DNA from: the human T2T-CHM13v2.0 reference genome, Homo sapiens
Reading direction: 5' to 3' (one strand)
DNA length: 64,000 nt
Assembly: GCF_009914755.1 (NCBI RefSeq)
Contig: NC_060926.1
A program made the translations under genes and the position numbers. Position 1 is the first letter of the stretch, and each line of letters opens with the position of its first letter. Below, piece after piece: positions 13,209 to 27,888 of the stretch. Under the pieces are notes generated by a model. It made no database searches and was not told where the DNA came from. It saw only the letters and a list, made by a program, of their open reading frames with translations.

Positions 13209-15044
13209 CAACTTTGTTTTTTAACCTTTGTGGTCTTCATGTATCTCACCAGTTTCAAATCCACTTTCTCTGGCCTTTTATAGTTCCCTTTCTCCTCTAC
13301 CTAGCATCCATCAACATTGATGGATCACATTCCAGGCCCTCTTTTTAATAAAGAAAAGAGACTGTACAATTGTCAGTGATCCTTTCTTCTCTGCTTCTTT
13401 ATATCCTATCCTGCAGCATCTTGGGTAGAAGTCCAAAGCTAATTCCAAGTGAGGGATGCTTCCCTACCATCAGGTTATTTTTGGAATTGATGCTCTCATT
13501 TCATTTTGTTCTGTTTTTTCATTAACAGGTACAGGAAGGCAGAACTGCCTCATATCTGAGTCAGAATGCTGGGCTTGATTTCTCATGTAACTGATGAAAA
13601 TGTCTTACACAAAATGATGACCGTAAGAAACATCAGAATACTTGCTTTGCCGGATGACACCAAGATAACTAGAAGGTATTTCTACTTTCTTTTTGGATGT
13701 CAAAAAGTCTGTTTCAACTTCTCATTTTTTCAGGGAAAGCCAACTGCTCTTCAGTTATAGCAGCAGGACATGTTATCTTCCAAACAAAAGAAATTCATGT
13801 TCATGATGAGTAACATTTCCAATTAAAATTCATCATGAACAGCAGGCTTTATATCTTTTTTTGAACAATGTGAATCATTTTTGATGCTGGGAAATGTGCT
13901 TCATTTACCTCCATTTTGTCATAGAGTGTCTACTTCCACTAGAATTTGTTATATATTAGTAAATAAAACATCATCTGACATTTTTGTCACTTCTTATGTT
14001 GGGGTGCTGATGAAAATAATGAGAATGCTCAGAGGTTATGGGAAATTGTTTATCAAGGAATGTAGGTGATGCTGCAAAGTATAAGTAATGCCATACAGCT
14101 GAATGATTGATCCCTGCTGCATATTTTAAAGCTCCCTTCATTGCTTATCGAAACCTTTTAGGTAATGCACTCCTCTCAGATATCATTTTATGCTTGAAAA
14201 GCTTTATAATTCATAACGAAAAGTTGCTTAGTTACCTCAAGTGAATCCACAGGTTCAATTATTCTCCGTGCAAATGGTTGGACTCCATTTTGACCAATGT
14301 TTATGGTGTTTGGCAATTTTTCAGTGGCTACTTTGCTCTGATATGATTAATTTATTGCATAATACTCTGCTTTGCATGTGTGGAGCCTAAATAATCTTAG
14401 TAGGCAGAAAGGAAATAAAAGACCTATGTCTTTCGAACTTGGAAACATTGGAAACATAACATCACCACGTCAATACTGCCAAAACCAATACCAGTTAGCC
14501 TCGATAAAGACAACTTGTATGTGCTGATGACACCCAGTCTTGGGACAGCCAGCCCTTCCCTTGTCCCATTCCTTGCCTTCTCTACCTTCAGAGATCCAAG
14601 CAGGGGAGAAGCAGCAGCCCCAGAACTTACCAAATCAGATTCAATCACCAGGAAAGTCCTGGCATCTTCCCATCAGTATCTTTTCCTGTGGCTTTCCTGG
14701 GCCTCTTTCTTTGACAAAGTTACATAGAACACATGCTCTTATTAAATGGCTACACATGAGGTTGCCAACCCTTTTGTGGAAATATAAGGAACATACATAT
14801 CTGTCAAATGAATGAATGAGTGAACTCAGGATCTATAAGTGTGGTGACTGCTGGGCTTCTGACCTTGGGAAAGTGTTTATCTACCTCTGTCCTTAGAGGA
14901 TTTCCTGATGCCCTTACACTGTGAAATTCTTGCTTTCTCTGAGGTTTCTTATTCTGTTTCTATTTCCTTCAATCCCTTGCCACTTTTCTTTTGATCATTG
15001 GTATACGGTTGTGAAATGACTGCATAGGATAGGAAGCCTGGAGA

Positions 15045-15179
15045 TGGAAAGAGCATGGGTTCTGAAATTACACCAACCCAGGTTAAAATCACCATTTGGC
15101 AAATCACTAGCTGGCAGCCTTGGGAGATATTACTTAACCTCATACAGCCTCAATTCCCCCACCTGAAAAACTGGAATAA

Positions 15180-15266
<87 letters not shown>

Positions 15267-15320
15267 GCAAAAATGCATTAGAATTAAGATGAAATCTCCT
15301 GTGCAGATATACTAGGAATA
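15045..15320 (+). mobile_element. MIR interrupted by a compound microsatellite
   Basis: 'ggaaagagcatgggttctg...ccttgggagatattacttaacctcatacagcctcaattcccccacctgaaaaactggaataa'. Confidence 0.7.
15181..15262. repeat. Compound microsatellite (TC)12(TA)11(TG)18
   Basis: Counted directly from the sequence. Confidence 0.97.
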
Positions 15321-15344
15321 CTCATTTATTTTATCTAACACTCC

Positions 15345-15560
15345 TCTAGCACTTCCTGAAGTATGTCCCAGATGTTCCAGGTACTGCTCTAAGCATTCGA
15401 TGTACCAATGAGGTAGTTGCTATTACTCCCTCCATTTCACAGAGAAAGCAACTGAAGAACAAATGGATTAAGTAACTTGACCAGGGTCTCATGGCTTGTA
15501 ATTGGCAGAGGCAAGATTAAAACCAGTCTGGCTCGCTACGGAATCTGCACTCTCAACTAC
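15345..15560 (-). mobile_element. MIR
   Basis: 'ccatttcacagagaaagcaactgaag...ttaagtaacttgaccagggtctcatggcttgtaattggcagag'. Confidence 0.75.
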
Positions 15561-16017
15561 AGTCCAAAGCTGCCTGCCATAATGATGGCTTCCATTATTA
15601 TTATTGTGATCATTGTCCTCATCACTATTACTATCATTATGACTACAACCAGGGGCACTTGGAAGACCTGGAATCAAGTGGAGATAAGCGGCGCATAGGG
15701 TGCTAGTTAGGCACAGAGCATCAGGGCGGCAAATCCAGACCTTTCCTTTCATTTTGTATCACAAAGCCTGTGGGAAGACATTATCACAAATGAACAGCCT
15801 AAAGCCAATGCCACAGCTCAGCATCCTCAGCTCTGTTCAGTGGTAAGTGTTCATGTAGCCCAAGGGCTCAAGGCCATTGCAAGCCATTGCATCTTCATAT
15901 AATGCTAAAATTTTCACTCTTGTTCAGGTCTTCACCATACATTAGGTTGGTGAGGCAGCTCTTACGACAAAATTAATTTACAGAGGAAAAATATTTTTAT
16001 TAAAAGATAGCTCTTTT

Positions 16018-16189
16018 AGCCAGACACATACCTGCTGTCTCCACTACTACGTAAGCTGAGGCAGGAAGATCACTTGAGAGCAGGAGTTTGGAGACTATGA
16101 TGAGCTCTGATTGCACCTGTGAATAGTCACTGCACTCCAGCCTGGGCAACATAGAGAGACCCTGTCTCTTAAAAAAAAAAAAAAAAAAA
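16018..16189 (+). mobile_element. FAM (fossil Alu monomer, 7SL-derived)
   Basis: Retains 7SL-specific 'cctgtgaatagtcactgcactccagcctgggcaacatag'; poly(A) tail; 16-bp TSD aaaaga(t/c)agctctttt at 16002-16017 and 16186-16201. Confidence 0.88.
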
Positions 16190-16928
16190 GACAGCTCTTT
16201 TTAAGTACTCTTTCATTACATAGATGGCAATAACAAATATTCTCTCTTTTTAAAGATGAAACACTACTGAGCATCTGTCAAATAAGATGGCAACGTTTTC
16301 CTCCTCTCAGAAGCAGGAAAAGAATGTAAAATTATCGCTATGGGAAAAAAAAACTCACCTGCTACAGTCATCAGCTCAGTTTATTTGAAAGAAATCCTAG
16401 CTTGTCAACTTTGCTTTCCTCAACAAATGTCCCTGAAAGTAGCGGGATTTAGAGATTTCAAGAAAATGTGGAAGTAACTCTGTTCAGCTCAGCTCTATGG
16501 ACAGAGGATGGGGAAAGAAGAGGGTGGTAGTTCCATATCAAGGTCTGTTGCTCAACCTTGAAAATAGAGACTCATACTTAATCACAGATGATTTTGATGC
16601 TATTGTTGGCAAAACAATAGGAAACCACATAGAACATGCCTTTATTTTCTAAAGACTAACCAGAAAGAATGATTTAGTTAAAATTTTCATGATTGTCACC
16701 ACAATTCATTTCTTATCAAAAGCTACCCATATCTAGAAAAAGTGAAAATCAATAAAAAACAGTGAAATATTCCTGAAAGGTGCATGTAGGCTCTTCTCCC
16801 CTGCCCCTGCCTATTTATAGTACTTATAGGTGAATACATCCACTACGCCTATGATCCTCTGAGAGTGGTTGGATGCTTTTATCTTCCAACCTGGAAATAT
16901 GTGAATGTAAAGCCATGATGTAACACAC

Positions 16929-17000
16929 AGGAACACACCCTTTACCTAGGAACACACCCTTTGCCTAGGAACACACCCTTTGCCTAGGAACACACCCTTT
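16929..17000. repeat. Minisatellite, 19-bp unit aggaacacaccctttgcct, about 3.8 copies
   Basis: Units start at 16929, 16948, 16967 and 16986, with one substitution in unit 1. Confidence 0.95.
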
Positions 17001-19659
17001 CATGTACTTACATTTGAGACTAAATAAAAAGTCTCTGCAAATTTCATGAAATTATTTAAATACAAGGCACACTTGCAAACTATAATCATTTTGCATCTCA
17101 ATGAAAGACACAGAATCATAATCAAAATTGCAATATCTAGTTTTAATGTACTGGATTACATTAAAATAGTATTACTATTTGAGAATCAAAAAGAAAAAAA
17201 TATAAGTAAAAAGGCAAGAAAAATATTTTTTAATGTTGAAGTCCTGATAGGAGACTTTGCTATGTAGATTTAGGCATCAGGGAAGACTTTTCACATCAGA
17301 AATGCCAGCCACTTTCCCACAAGAAAGAATATTATGTGCACATCTTAATAATTCAGTTCACTAGAACTTTTTCTGATTCTCCTTCCTCTATTTGTAAAAT
17401 AAACAATTTTAAAAAGCTTCATGTAGTAACCATGGAAAAAGAAAAAGGCATGTATTGATAATCTGAGATTGGTGATTTTTTTTTTTTTAAAGAATTGGTA
17501 TGTCAAAAGCATATGCTGTGCCTCATGGCCAATATGGAAATGTCAGGGGTTTAATTGGCAGCTGTGAATAGCAGCACCTGCAAACAGCTCAGGGCTTGTT
17601 CCTGTGGTCTGGCAACATTCTTACTTAATGCTTTAAATAAAGGCTTACTCACTGGGACAGAAATAACTGACAATGGATGATTGATGATTGTCCATCACGC
17701 AATGGCTGACGTCTACCATTCACCAGGTCTGTTTACGAGCGCACGCCCAGATTTCATTAACAGGGGCATGACATCCAGGAGTGGGCCTGCCACAGATGGC
17801 CAGTCAGTAATCTAGTTCAAAACACCTAGAAGAGACCAAGATTTGTTAATCTGGAAAAATAGATTGTTGCAGATTCAGAATGCCTTATGAAGATGATTTT
17901 CAAAGTTCCCTTTTCTTTTTTTCTGCTTGTGTTCTTTTGTTTTGTCAATGTGTTTGGTTTCAAGTTCAATGTCAGGTTACATTTCTCTGATTCTTATTCC
18001 ATACTGACTTTGCATTTGAAAGATGCGATGGCAGAAAGACGTATACAAGGAATTATATTTCTAATCATTAATTTATAACACTAATGTCTGGGGGACTATT
18101 CAAGCTTTGAGTATAGTCAATTTTACTATTTCAATTAGGAGGGCAAAAAAAGTGCAAAGAAATAAATCCACAGTGCATATACATGGCTAACGTGAATTTT
18201 CACACCTGGACATTCGTCAGCCCACAGCACGCCTCCAGGTACAGCCAAAAAACACACCAGCATATGTGGTGTACTGCAAAGAGCACTGGGATAGCAAACC
18301 TTTCCAAATAAACACCGCTAAATTAAAGCAGCTTTGCCCTGTTCAGTAAAACAGCCCATAGTATCTTGGGCTGACATGTTGTAGTATGAGACTAACACTA
18401 AGCTTTAGTTTTCTTCTTCCTGTTTCTCCTCCCTAAAGTCTCTTTTTCCCAGCTACAATGTTTTGTGGTACACATATACCTTGATTATTATTTCTCTCCA
18501 GTTAAGGATTAATCTCCTCTGATGCACTTACAAACCTTTTCATGGTTAGTGACTGGACCATGGGTTGGTTTGTTTGCTTGTTGGTGGGTTTTATTTTTTG
18601 GCCTACCTTTTGGACAGTGGCAGTTTCTACATCCTGTTTGGGAAAGGTGATGTCTTTGTCTTAAGTAATGGAGTCTTCCCCTAGAATTTTGCTCATTGCC
18701 TTTTCAACCACTTGTGAACTTATTTCTACAAATGGTTGTATTCTAGGCATTTCATTGGCAAAACTTGAGTAAAGTGGCCTATTTGTTTTTAGCCCTTTCT
18801 GAGTCTCACTGTATTCTCCTGAGGAAAATAGGGCAGGGATCATTTTCTTGTCATTTCAGTGCAAGAAAAGCTAGACCAAGAGAAGTCAAGCAACTGGAAC
18901 CACATCCCACAACTTTAGCTAGCACAAGAGCCTCTACGAGCATCCAGGACTCACATGTGGCACTTGAGGGATCTTTCCACTGGGCTATTTGGGTGTGAGG
19001 CATGTGGACTGGATGGCACAGATCACCTGCTTTTTGGGGTCATCAATGAATATACAACCATAGCTAGAGAATGGCTGCCCTGCCAAAGTCCTAATTCAAC
19101 CCCAAACAGTGTGCATAGCAGTGAACAAACATGGAGGACCAAGCATGTGCCAAAGGCCATGCTCTTTGCCATTCAGAACATTACTGCAAAATAAGAAAGG
19201 TCTGCCTTGCCTCTGAAATTGCTACCTTTGAATATGTATCTATCTTGGCTTTTTAAGTACTTTTTGTTTTGTTTTGTTTTGCTGTACAATCTGCTGTCTC
19301 TACTTTTGTTTAATTGCATTCAGTTTTACAATTTCCCCCAGGAAAAGCAGCTAATTATATTTTAGCACAGAGAGAGGCAGGTGTTAGCTAAGATGTAAGA
19401 GTCCTAATTTTAGCCTTGATAATTCATGCAGTTTAGCTGGATCTCAATGTAAAGTCACCAGACTGGGTGTGTGAGCTCATCATTTTAGGCTTTCTGAAAT
19501 TTGCATGGGATCATGTGACTACAGATTTGCACTTTGAGCTTGTAAATGACAAAGGGTTGGCAATAATTGAAATGGTTGTGTTGTAATCTTGTGTCCAAGG
19601 AAATATGGTCCAATGGTAAATCCAAATAAACTGAACATGGGAAGTGCATTTGGATAAGA

Positions 19660-20170
<511 letters not shown>

Positions 20171-20859
20171 AGGTATCTATATTTTTATATTCAGGGAATA
20201 ATTGTATTGGAAAAGCCTAAGATTTTTGGAACAGCAACAGCAGCAAAGGCAGAAATTAGAGAAATATCCAGAAGCAAATTCTCCTCTAACAAATATTGGC
20301 ATTTCAGAACATATCTGAAACAAATGTTTGCTCTTGAGATGAGTAGGTTCCCCAGTACTGAGATCATCTTCGTTTCCATGGACATGGCATTTACAGTCAA
20401 AATATCCAATTATATCCGTGAGAATACTCCTCCAATTGTTCTGATGTGTTTGTGTGTGTCTCTGTGTGTGCTTGTGTGTATGTAGGACTTTCTTCCAGGT
20501 TCAGAGATAGTAGGGGGCAGTGTCATGTAGACCAAACAACCAAACGACTTACTGAATTTTTTTCATCCCTACTGGTTGTTTTAAGTAGGGACAGCTCTGG
20601 CCCAACTCTGTTGACTGTAGCTTCTGAGCTGTTCTCACAGGGCCTACAGGGGAGTTACTGATTGTTTTCCCAGGAATCTGCCAAGTGCGGTGGTGTATGA
20701 TGGAACATGCCACTTCCCTATCTCTGGAACCTGAGTATGAGTTGAGAATAATGATCATTTCTGCTAATGAGTAATTAAAAACAATTTCAAGACTACCTCT
20801 AACCTCTGCATTTGTGAATGCCACCCTTTCTTAAATGCTATACCGAGGTTCTTTGCTAA

Positions 20860-21910
<1,051 letters not shown>

Positions 21911-23785
21911 AGTTATTAATAGTTACACAGTAATTCAAAGATTCATCTAGACAACTATATATAACATTGGATAAGAATTGAAAATTCTAGCTTGTGTAAA
22001 TGAAGCATTTATTGAGAAACATGCCTTAGATTGAAACAATTCTTCATCTGATGCCTTTGATGATGCAACCCAGGCAAATACTTGCTTACCATCCTCAAAA
22101 ATTCTATAACTCATCAAACTTAATTAAACGGTTAGAATCTTATCCTTTTAATTAGTGCTTGCACTTGAAAACTTTAAAAATAATGTCAATAATGACTAAT
22201 AAGCTTTGAGCTTTTTGGTTTACGTGGTTCCGTCTCTAATTGTTGGCAGATTGCTACAGTCCTATCCTTTTGCAACACTGTGTATTTTGTATGAAAGTGA
22301 CTTTTCCTCTTATTTCAGAGGGAGGAGAACATCCAAAATAATTACTAAGGAGAGAATATCTGAAATAATTAGGGAACAAACTTTGAGGACTCAAAAACAA
22401 GCACATGTCATCACCTCTCAAGATGGGCATATCTGGAAGGCCTATGTTATTCTTATTGCTGCGGTGGGGGACCCATGTCCTCCATACCCAAGCCTCTTGA
22501 AGCTTATAGAGTAGAAAATTCCTCACAATTTTCATTAAGAACCATTATATCAAGGGAATCATCATTCAGCTATGACAGATTGCTTTGCAGTGTAATGTTT
22601 TTCATCTTGAGAGCAAATGTTTCTTCAATCAATTTTTTTAAAGGGAGAAAGTAAGTAGTTATTTTGAATACATGTAAAATGCAAATAAAGTGACTATGGA
22701 TGTTTGGGGAGCTCATACAATAGTAAGTCCAAAATAACTTTGATTTAAAAATTGAACATTGGCAAGTGATCAATCAATACTGGCCTCTAACTGCTTTTAG
22801 TGTCTTGACTAAATAAAAATGTTATTTTAGTGGCAGAGACATTTCACCTTGAAAAGCGGCCATGGAGCATGCACAATGACTACAAGGATGTTTTCCCTGG
22901 AATACATAATCCACACGCTCAGCTTCATGCACATCCTGGATACTGCCTGCCTCTGATTGACATAAGGCATTTTAATTTAAAAATGTTTCTCAAAGTGCCT
23001 AAACATATGTTTATGCACTATAGCTATTGAGTAGTATTACATAGAAATGCAAAATCTTGGAATGAAAGTTGACTCTGTGCAGGACCACACAATGGAATAT
23101 AATGGAAACCAGAAAAGGAGAGGACTTGTGTCATTTTGTAGGCAAGGCAAAAAAAAAAAAAAAAATCCTTTAACAATTCAGTCATGTTAAAATTGGGAGA
23201 CAATACTGACATAAGAAATACAGTCGATGTTAAGACAGTAGAGTCCTTCTTCACCACAGCAGGTCTAGACAGCTCCCACAGCCATGTCTGCCCTCTCACA
23301 GGGTGATATGTAGCCCTTCTTAGAGGGTGGTAAGAGCTCCGAAGGGAACATCAGTGCAGGGTCTTAGTTAATTTCCTTTTGCACAGGTGTCTGTGTCATA
23401 GTGGTTTTAAATTTGCTAGGAGGCAGCTTAATGGGGACAGCCTTAGGTGCACAACACTGCAACTCACCAAACCTCAAGGCAAAGTGCTCACCCGATAGAG
23501 AACGCATGTGGTTCCTTCCTGGCTGAGACTTTGTGCCAGAATCCAGCTTTATGCACCTCCCTTTCTGTCCCAGAAGGGGCTTCACCGACTTGCATGATGT
23601 GCTGTGCGTGGCCAAGACTGCTTCTTGTGGTGTGTGCTAGGTGAATACAGATTCAGCTCTCCTCCCAGTGTTCTGTGGGAATGGTGGTGACAGATATTGG
23701 ATGGTTCTAAATACAGATATCAGAATGTCTACAATAAGATGCATAGAACATAATCCAAGTGAGATGCAGTGCTTCAACCATATAG

Positions 23786-24166
<381 letters not shown>

Positions 24167-26409
24167 AATACAGTCAATTTATTATGAACTCCTGTGTCAT
24201 TGATGATTTGTCTATATCAGTGGTTCCCAATTAAACTGACAGGAGCCTGGCACTGTGATGCCCTGGGGAGAAGGGTGACAAAAAGAATCCAGTATTGCAA
24301 TTCTGCTATCAGCCAAATGGAGCTTCTTTTGCTGAAACCTTGGATTTTTAACAGCAGTGATAACCTCTGAGAATCACCTTGGGATTTTGGAGGAAGTAAA
24401 GTTGAAAAATGACCCTTGGATACTAAACTTGTTTAGGGCAGGAATATGGTTTTCTATAACTTCATTGAGGGTGGGAATATTTGGTCAGAAACAACACTTT
24501 ACTATACCTGCACTGAGCATCCAATTGTCCTCCGATTGGTTGAAAAATGAAATTTTTCATAGAGCTTCAAATCCAGTCTTCTGGTCTCGAGGTCTGGAAG
24601 GCAGGGCTCTTGTTCCAACTTTGGGCCACTGAAGTTTTCAAACCTTGGTATTTCCTTCTGAAGCTGCTGTGGAATCTTCAGCTTCACTGCACTACAGGAC
24701 TAATGAAGGCAGGTTTTCTGAAACTGTGAAGGGTACCTTTTTAGATTCTAACTTCTTCATTTGTAAAATGATGTTAGCAATGTGGTATTACCAAAATGAT
24801 GTTACCATGATGATTTCTATCTAAGGCTCCTTCTGTTCTGTCACAGATCACTCCATGATTCTGATTACCATTCTCTGTAAGACTTTCTCTTATTGTTCTG
24901 GGATACTTGAAAGAATATTTCTCGTATAGTTAGAAGCTGATCATTTTAAATTCTCTTTAGACAAATGTTTCTTTCATGTGGTGCACCATTTTCAAATGCA
25001 ATTTGGGGCCGCTTTTTTCTTGTTGGATCTGAGATGGATCACAGGGGTTTGCCCCTAGTCTTCAAACACACAAGCAAACCAGGGTCTGGGAGATTTATAG
25101 TTTACATCATCATCGTTGTCGTAGTCATCATCCTCATCCTCATGATCTTCTTCTTGTTTTTTTTTCCCCCTCCAGATTTAATCTAGCAGACTACACTGAC
25201 CTGGCTTAAGAATTTTTCAAATATAAATGATCTAAATGTTACCTTACTTGGCAAAACAAAGGCAGAGCAAGTAATTTTCTCAAATCTCTCTTCGGGCATG
25301 CCTTATAAGGAAGATTTTCTTTCTGGGGGGATTTAGACTCTCATTAATCTATTTCTTCTTTCAACAATAAAATGAAAAATGGAATGAGATTATCAAAATG
25401 GATAGTCTGGTGTGGACCTGATAACACGCTTTTGAAAAGTGGTTTACATTTGACATCAGTTAAGCTCCTTGGGCCAAGGCGTCTCAGGTCTGCTATGTGG
25501 GGCCTGGACTCCACTCCCAGTGTGGTCACAAATATGCTTTATTGTTTCAAAGGCCTCTCAAGGCAGTTGGAAGGATGAATGAATTCCTAGGGCAGTAAGT
25601 ATTAAGTCATCGGCAAAACTATAAATATCTCCTAACCCTATCTTATGGAGAACTTATACAAAGACATTTTTGTGCAGTATGCTTTTTCCTTAACCTAGAC
25701 ATATATGTATTTTAAATTTGTATTATTTTACACATTTTTATACATGGTACAAAAGGTAGGTAGTATAAAGTGAGCAATATAGATATTTAAAAGTTGATGC
25801 ATCTTTCTTTGTGCCCTTTGGCACACAGAGTGTGACTGTTTCTTCTGTAAGGATTTTTAACAATCTTGAAGGAGTGGAAAATTCTGTGTTTCTTGTAATT
25901 GCAAGGACAATGGCAGTTAAAAAAGCCAATGTATAACTTCAAAATAATCATTTCAAAGTAATTATTCAGAACGTACAGAGTAGCTTAAAGAAAAACAACA
26001 AGCTGACAACACACCTTATAGTATTCACTGGCTTTAAAACCTGTGCTTGTAATTGAAAGTGAGATTAGCAGAAGTGACTGAATCCATGCTAGGGGAGATG
26101 TGGTTGGGACGTAGACGTCATCCCTATGTTCCACTCAACTGATTAAAAATTTCTTGATCACCCCTCACACTCTTCATTCCATTCTCTCAAAATCAGATTT
26201 GTGGACTAAACCATGAAATAAATTACCTTTTCCTAATGTTCTTTAATAAAAGTGGAACCATGTACTGCTCAATACATAAGCCAGTAAGAGAGGATCCATA
26301 TGAAACTAAGCACTTTTAGCCCTTGTTAAGAATAAGAGCTGGTGATGAGCTGGTGATATTTCTCACAATAATGTACTAAGAAAGAAAAAGTAGCCAGGGG
26401 CCAGCTACA

Positions 26410-26545
26410 ATCCAGATTCCTAGGATCCATGCTCAGAGATGCTGACTCCGTGGATCCTGGGTGGACCCAGAGCACCATACCTTTACAAACAGGCTCTCAG
26501 CTGATCATGATGACAATATCTGTGGCCTGAATTTTGAGAACCAGA
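26410..26545. mobile_element. MER5A-like hAT-Charlie fossil
   Basis: 'cagattcctaggatccatgctcagagatgctgactc...ttttgagaacca'. Confidence 0.55.
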
Positions 26546-27520
26546 GAAGACCGTGCTTCCATGAAAGGGTTATTGCTGGATCCACATCACTGTACTTGAG
26601 TCCAAGAACTCAATTTCTCCTACCTCCCACTTCATCCCAAGACACATGAGCACATCTGAATATGATTTCCTTGTTGCATTGAAAAGTTCTAAAGTCTAGA
26701 GAGAAGTGACTTGTTTCAAGTCATGAGCAGAAAGGGGCAGAGCCAACTAGGGAATCCAAACCTCTATACAAAGCAACAGACATCACTCTTTGGTGGGAGG
26801 TCTTTTTGCACTGAATTCTCCAAAGGCACGTGCCAAATTCATGAGCGAGGCAAAAAGTGACAGTGGGTGTCAACTCTTCAGTCCTTTTTGTTGCTCTCTT
26901 TTCATTCTGAGCCTGCTCACTGCTCCTCAGTCCAGAGCCCACTTTAAGGAGCTCCTTGGCTCTCCAGGCAAGCCACTCCTCCTCACCATCTCCTCACCAT
27001 TTGATGTCTCTTTCTCAGCAGAGGTCCCTGGAGAGCTGCTATACTGTATTTATTTCCAAAGTCTAACTGTGACACTAAGAGTCCCTAATGTGGCTACACT
27101 GATGTCAACAAAGGGAAAAATCAAGTACCTGAAGGCATTCACAGCACAGCTGCCGCATCGGGTGGGACCTTCCTAGCTTCTCGGGTACAGTTGTGCAGCT
27201 TCTACCTTTTATTTCATGTAAACACAACTAAACTGGCTCTCCCCACCAACACCCATCAGATATCCCACAATCAAAGAACTGCCTACAGGCAGCAAAGAAG
27301 AATCACTAACTGGAGGATTTTTTGTTATTATGTTTTTAATTCACTTGGGGAATGATCCTGAATTTTTTTTTTCCTCTGCAAGTGATAGGTAGCCATCTTG
27401 CTGTATTTCTGTCCAAGCCCTGTTCTTGCTGACCCAGAATGTTAATGAAATAAAGGCAACTCAGAAACAGTGTTCTAGGGTGTGGCTAAGAACAAGGGTT
27501 TTAAAAATGTTTTAATCTAG

Positions 27521-27888
<368 letters not shown>

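Noticed and set aside
16929-17000. CRISPR-like array
   Set aside because: Units are head-to-tail with no unique spacers and no cas genes; it is a minisatellite
17786-17803. CTCF site at gccacagatggcc (similar near 40141 and 54147)
   Set aside because: Core spacing does not fit CCASYAGRKGGC; the first is better explained as an E-box
25100-25160. Acidic peptide (EEDHEDEDDDYDNDDD) on the - strand
   Set aside because: Looks like a decayed (GAT)n repeat with no flanking splice sites or extended ORF; a similar decayed triplet tract lies at 15590-15650
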